Positions 62,389 through 64,000 of a DNA stretch of 64,000 nt are shown here, one piece after another. Source of the stretch: the human T2T-CHM13v2.0 reference genome, Homo sapiens; the NCBI RefSeq assembly GCF_009914755.1, contig NC_060926.1; one strand, 5' to 3'. Numbering within the stretch: position 1 is the stretch's first letter; each line of letters starts with the position of its first letter. The notes under the pieces are model-generated. The model worked only from the letters and a program-made list of their open reading frames with translations, ran no database searches and was not told where the DNA came from. The position numbers and the translations under genes are program-made.

Positions 62389-63187
62389 TCAGTGGAATTA
62401 AATATATTCATAATGTTGTGCAGTCGTGGCCACCATTCATTTTCATCCTGTAAAACTGAAACTCTGTAACCATTAAACACTAATTCCCCATTCCCTCTCC
62501 CCTTAGCCACTGGCAACCACCATCCTATCTATATTCTGTTCTATGTGATTTTTGACTACTCTAAGTCAGAGTTTTGAAAATGCTTATTTAATATCTAGTG
62601 TTCTGGGGTGTACTTAGTGGGAAGAATAGGGAAAAGTACATCTAGTCTGTTTTTGGAGGGGATTCTTTGTTCTCTGTTACTTAGGGAGGACTTTAACAAA
62701 CTTCTTGCTAACAGGTCTGGTCTTCCGGAGATAGTCACATTTTAAAAGAAAATTGTTTTTTCCTTAAGGATCGGCTTTTTAGTAATAGTAATTTACGTAC
62801 TGGTAGGCTGGAGTATATGTTTTGGGAGTGGCATGATGGAAAAGTTAACATGAACTGAGCATCTCATCTGGGTCTTATGAAAGCCACAGTTGGGCCTCCG
62901 GCAGTATCAACCCCAGACCCCCAGAGGGGAAAGCCCCTTTGAGACCCTGGCCAGACAGTATTGCCTCAGAGCCTTTCTGTGACATTTGGCATGCTGCCAG
63001 TGGAGAAAGCAGAGGGAAACCTTTGGTTAAGTAAACATGATATTGTATACAGTATTCATATTTCATTGCAAGAGTTGAATGGTCTGAGTCAGCATAATCA
63101 GTTCCATATGTTTGGCATTGATAGTCCAGGCATGACTAGTTGCACCTTTGAAACAAGACAGATCAGATGTTTCATGTTAGGAAAATA

Positions 63188-63570
63188 ATAGCTGCCATTT
63201 ATTGCATGTCTGTGGATGCCAGACACTGTGCATTGTTTCACGTGCAATATTCCACTCTTATCTTGGAGAGAAAACAGGTACTGAAGTAGAGAATTCAGGT
63301 ACTGGTGAGCTGGAGGGTATGTTTTGGGAGTGGCATGATGGAGAAATTAAACTTGGGGACTCAGCATCTCTTCTGGGTCTTGTGAAAGCCACAGCTGAGT
63401 CTTGGGGAGAATCAACCCCAGAGCCCCAAAGGCTGGAGGGAAACTGTCTCATTTTACAGAAAGAGGAGAGTGAGTTTTGAATGGACAGGTGACTTACACA
63501 AGGTCACCTGGCCTCTACGTGGCTGAGCTGGGGCTATGCCTTGTCCCTCTGACTTTAGGGTTCTTGTTCT
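63188..63570. mobile_element. MIR remnant, interrupted
   Basis: 'gctgccatttattg..cagacactgtgc' and 'cattttacaga..gtgacttacacaaggtcac' core motifs. Confidence 0.6.
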
Positions 63571-63754
63571 CACCCCACCTCTCCTGCAGCCTCCTCATCT
63601 CCTAAAGCACGTGCAGTCAAACCTGGGCCCTCTGCATGAGGATTTGCGAGCTCCATCCAGGCCATTCAGTGCCCCCCATCCCTGGCCTTCCGCAGCCCCC
63701 TGGCCCACCTTAGAGTGATCTGTGCCACTGAATCTATTCCCTAAAGTAGGGGTC

Positions 63755-63920
63755 TGACCCTGGCTGCACATTAGAATCATAAGAGGAGATTTTTTTTTAA
63801 ATCCCAGTGCCCAAGCTGCACCCTGAGCCAATAAATTCAAGCCCTGGGTGGGCCATGGGCATCAGAAGCTTAAAAACATTTCCTGGAAGATTCTGATGTT
63901 CCGCTGGGTTTGACAGCATA
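63755..63920. mobile_element. MER5-like hAT remnant
   Basis: 'tggctgcacattagaatca' and 'gattctgatg' motifs. Confidence 0.55.
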
Positions 63921-64000
63921 GTGGGAGAGTTGGAAGAAGATAGTGAAAAGTCGAGGTCAGATTCTGGAAGGCTCTTTTCTGGTTGCATTGGTGCCCCCCA

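Overview
Human (or very close hominid) genomic DNA matching the ANAPC1-MERTK locus (2q13 from recall). On the minus strand are the first 13 exons of ANAPC1: non-coding exon 1 near 28.35-28.58 kb and 12 coding exons from 25236 down to 976, which splice GT-AG in frame into 505 codons. On the plus strand, head-to-head about 14.5 kb away, are the MERTK CpG-island promoter, exon 1 (61 coding nt) and the first ~21 kb of intron 1. There are two processed pseudogenes (RPS26-like inside ANAPC1 intron 7; EEF1E1-like in the intergenic interval). Repeats include about 55 Alus, several L1s, solo LTRs and DNA-transposon remnants. I see no new gene or novel system. The best leads are a MERTK codon-20 Ser allele at splice-donor position -2, uORFs around a weak ANAPC1 start codon, a palindromic ANAPC1 start region, a frame-symmetric Alu-flanked exon carrying the APC1 autoinhibitory loop, an ETS-IRF motif in MERTK intron 1, and several repair/retrotransposition scars. 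Gene and repeat-family names come from recalled sequences, not searches; repeat ends are approximate.
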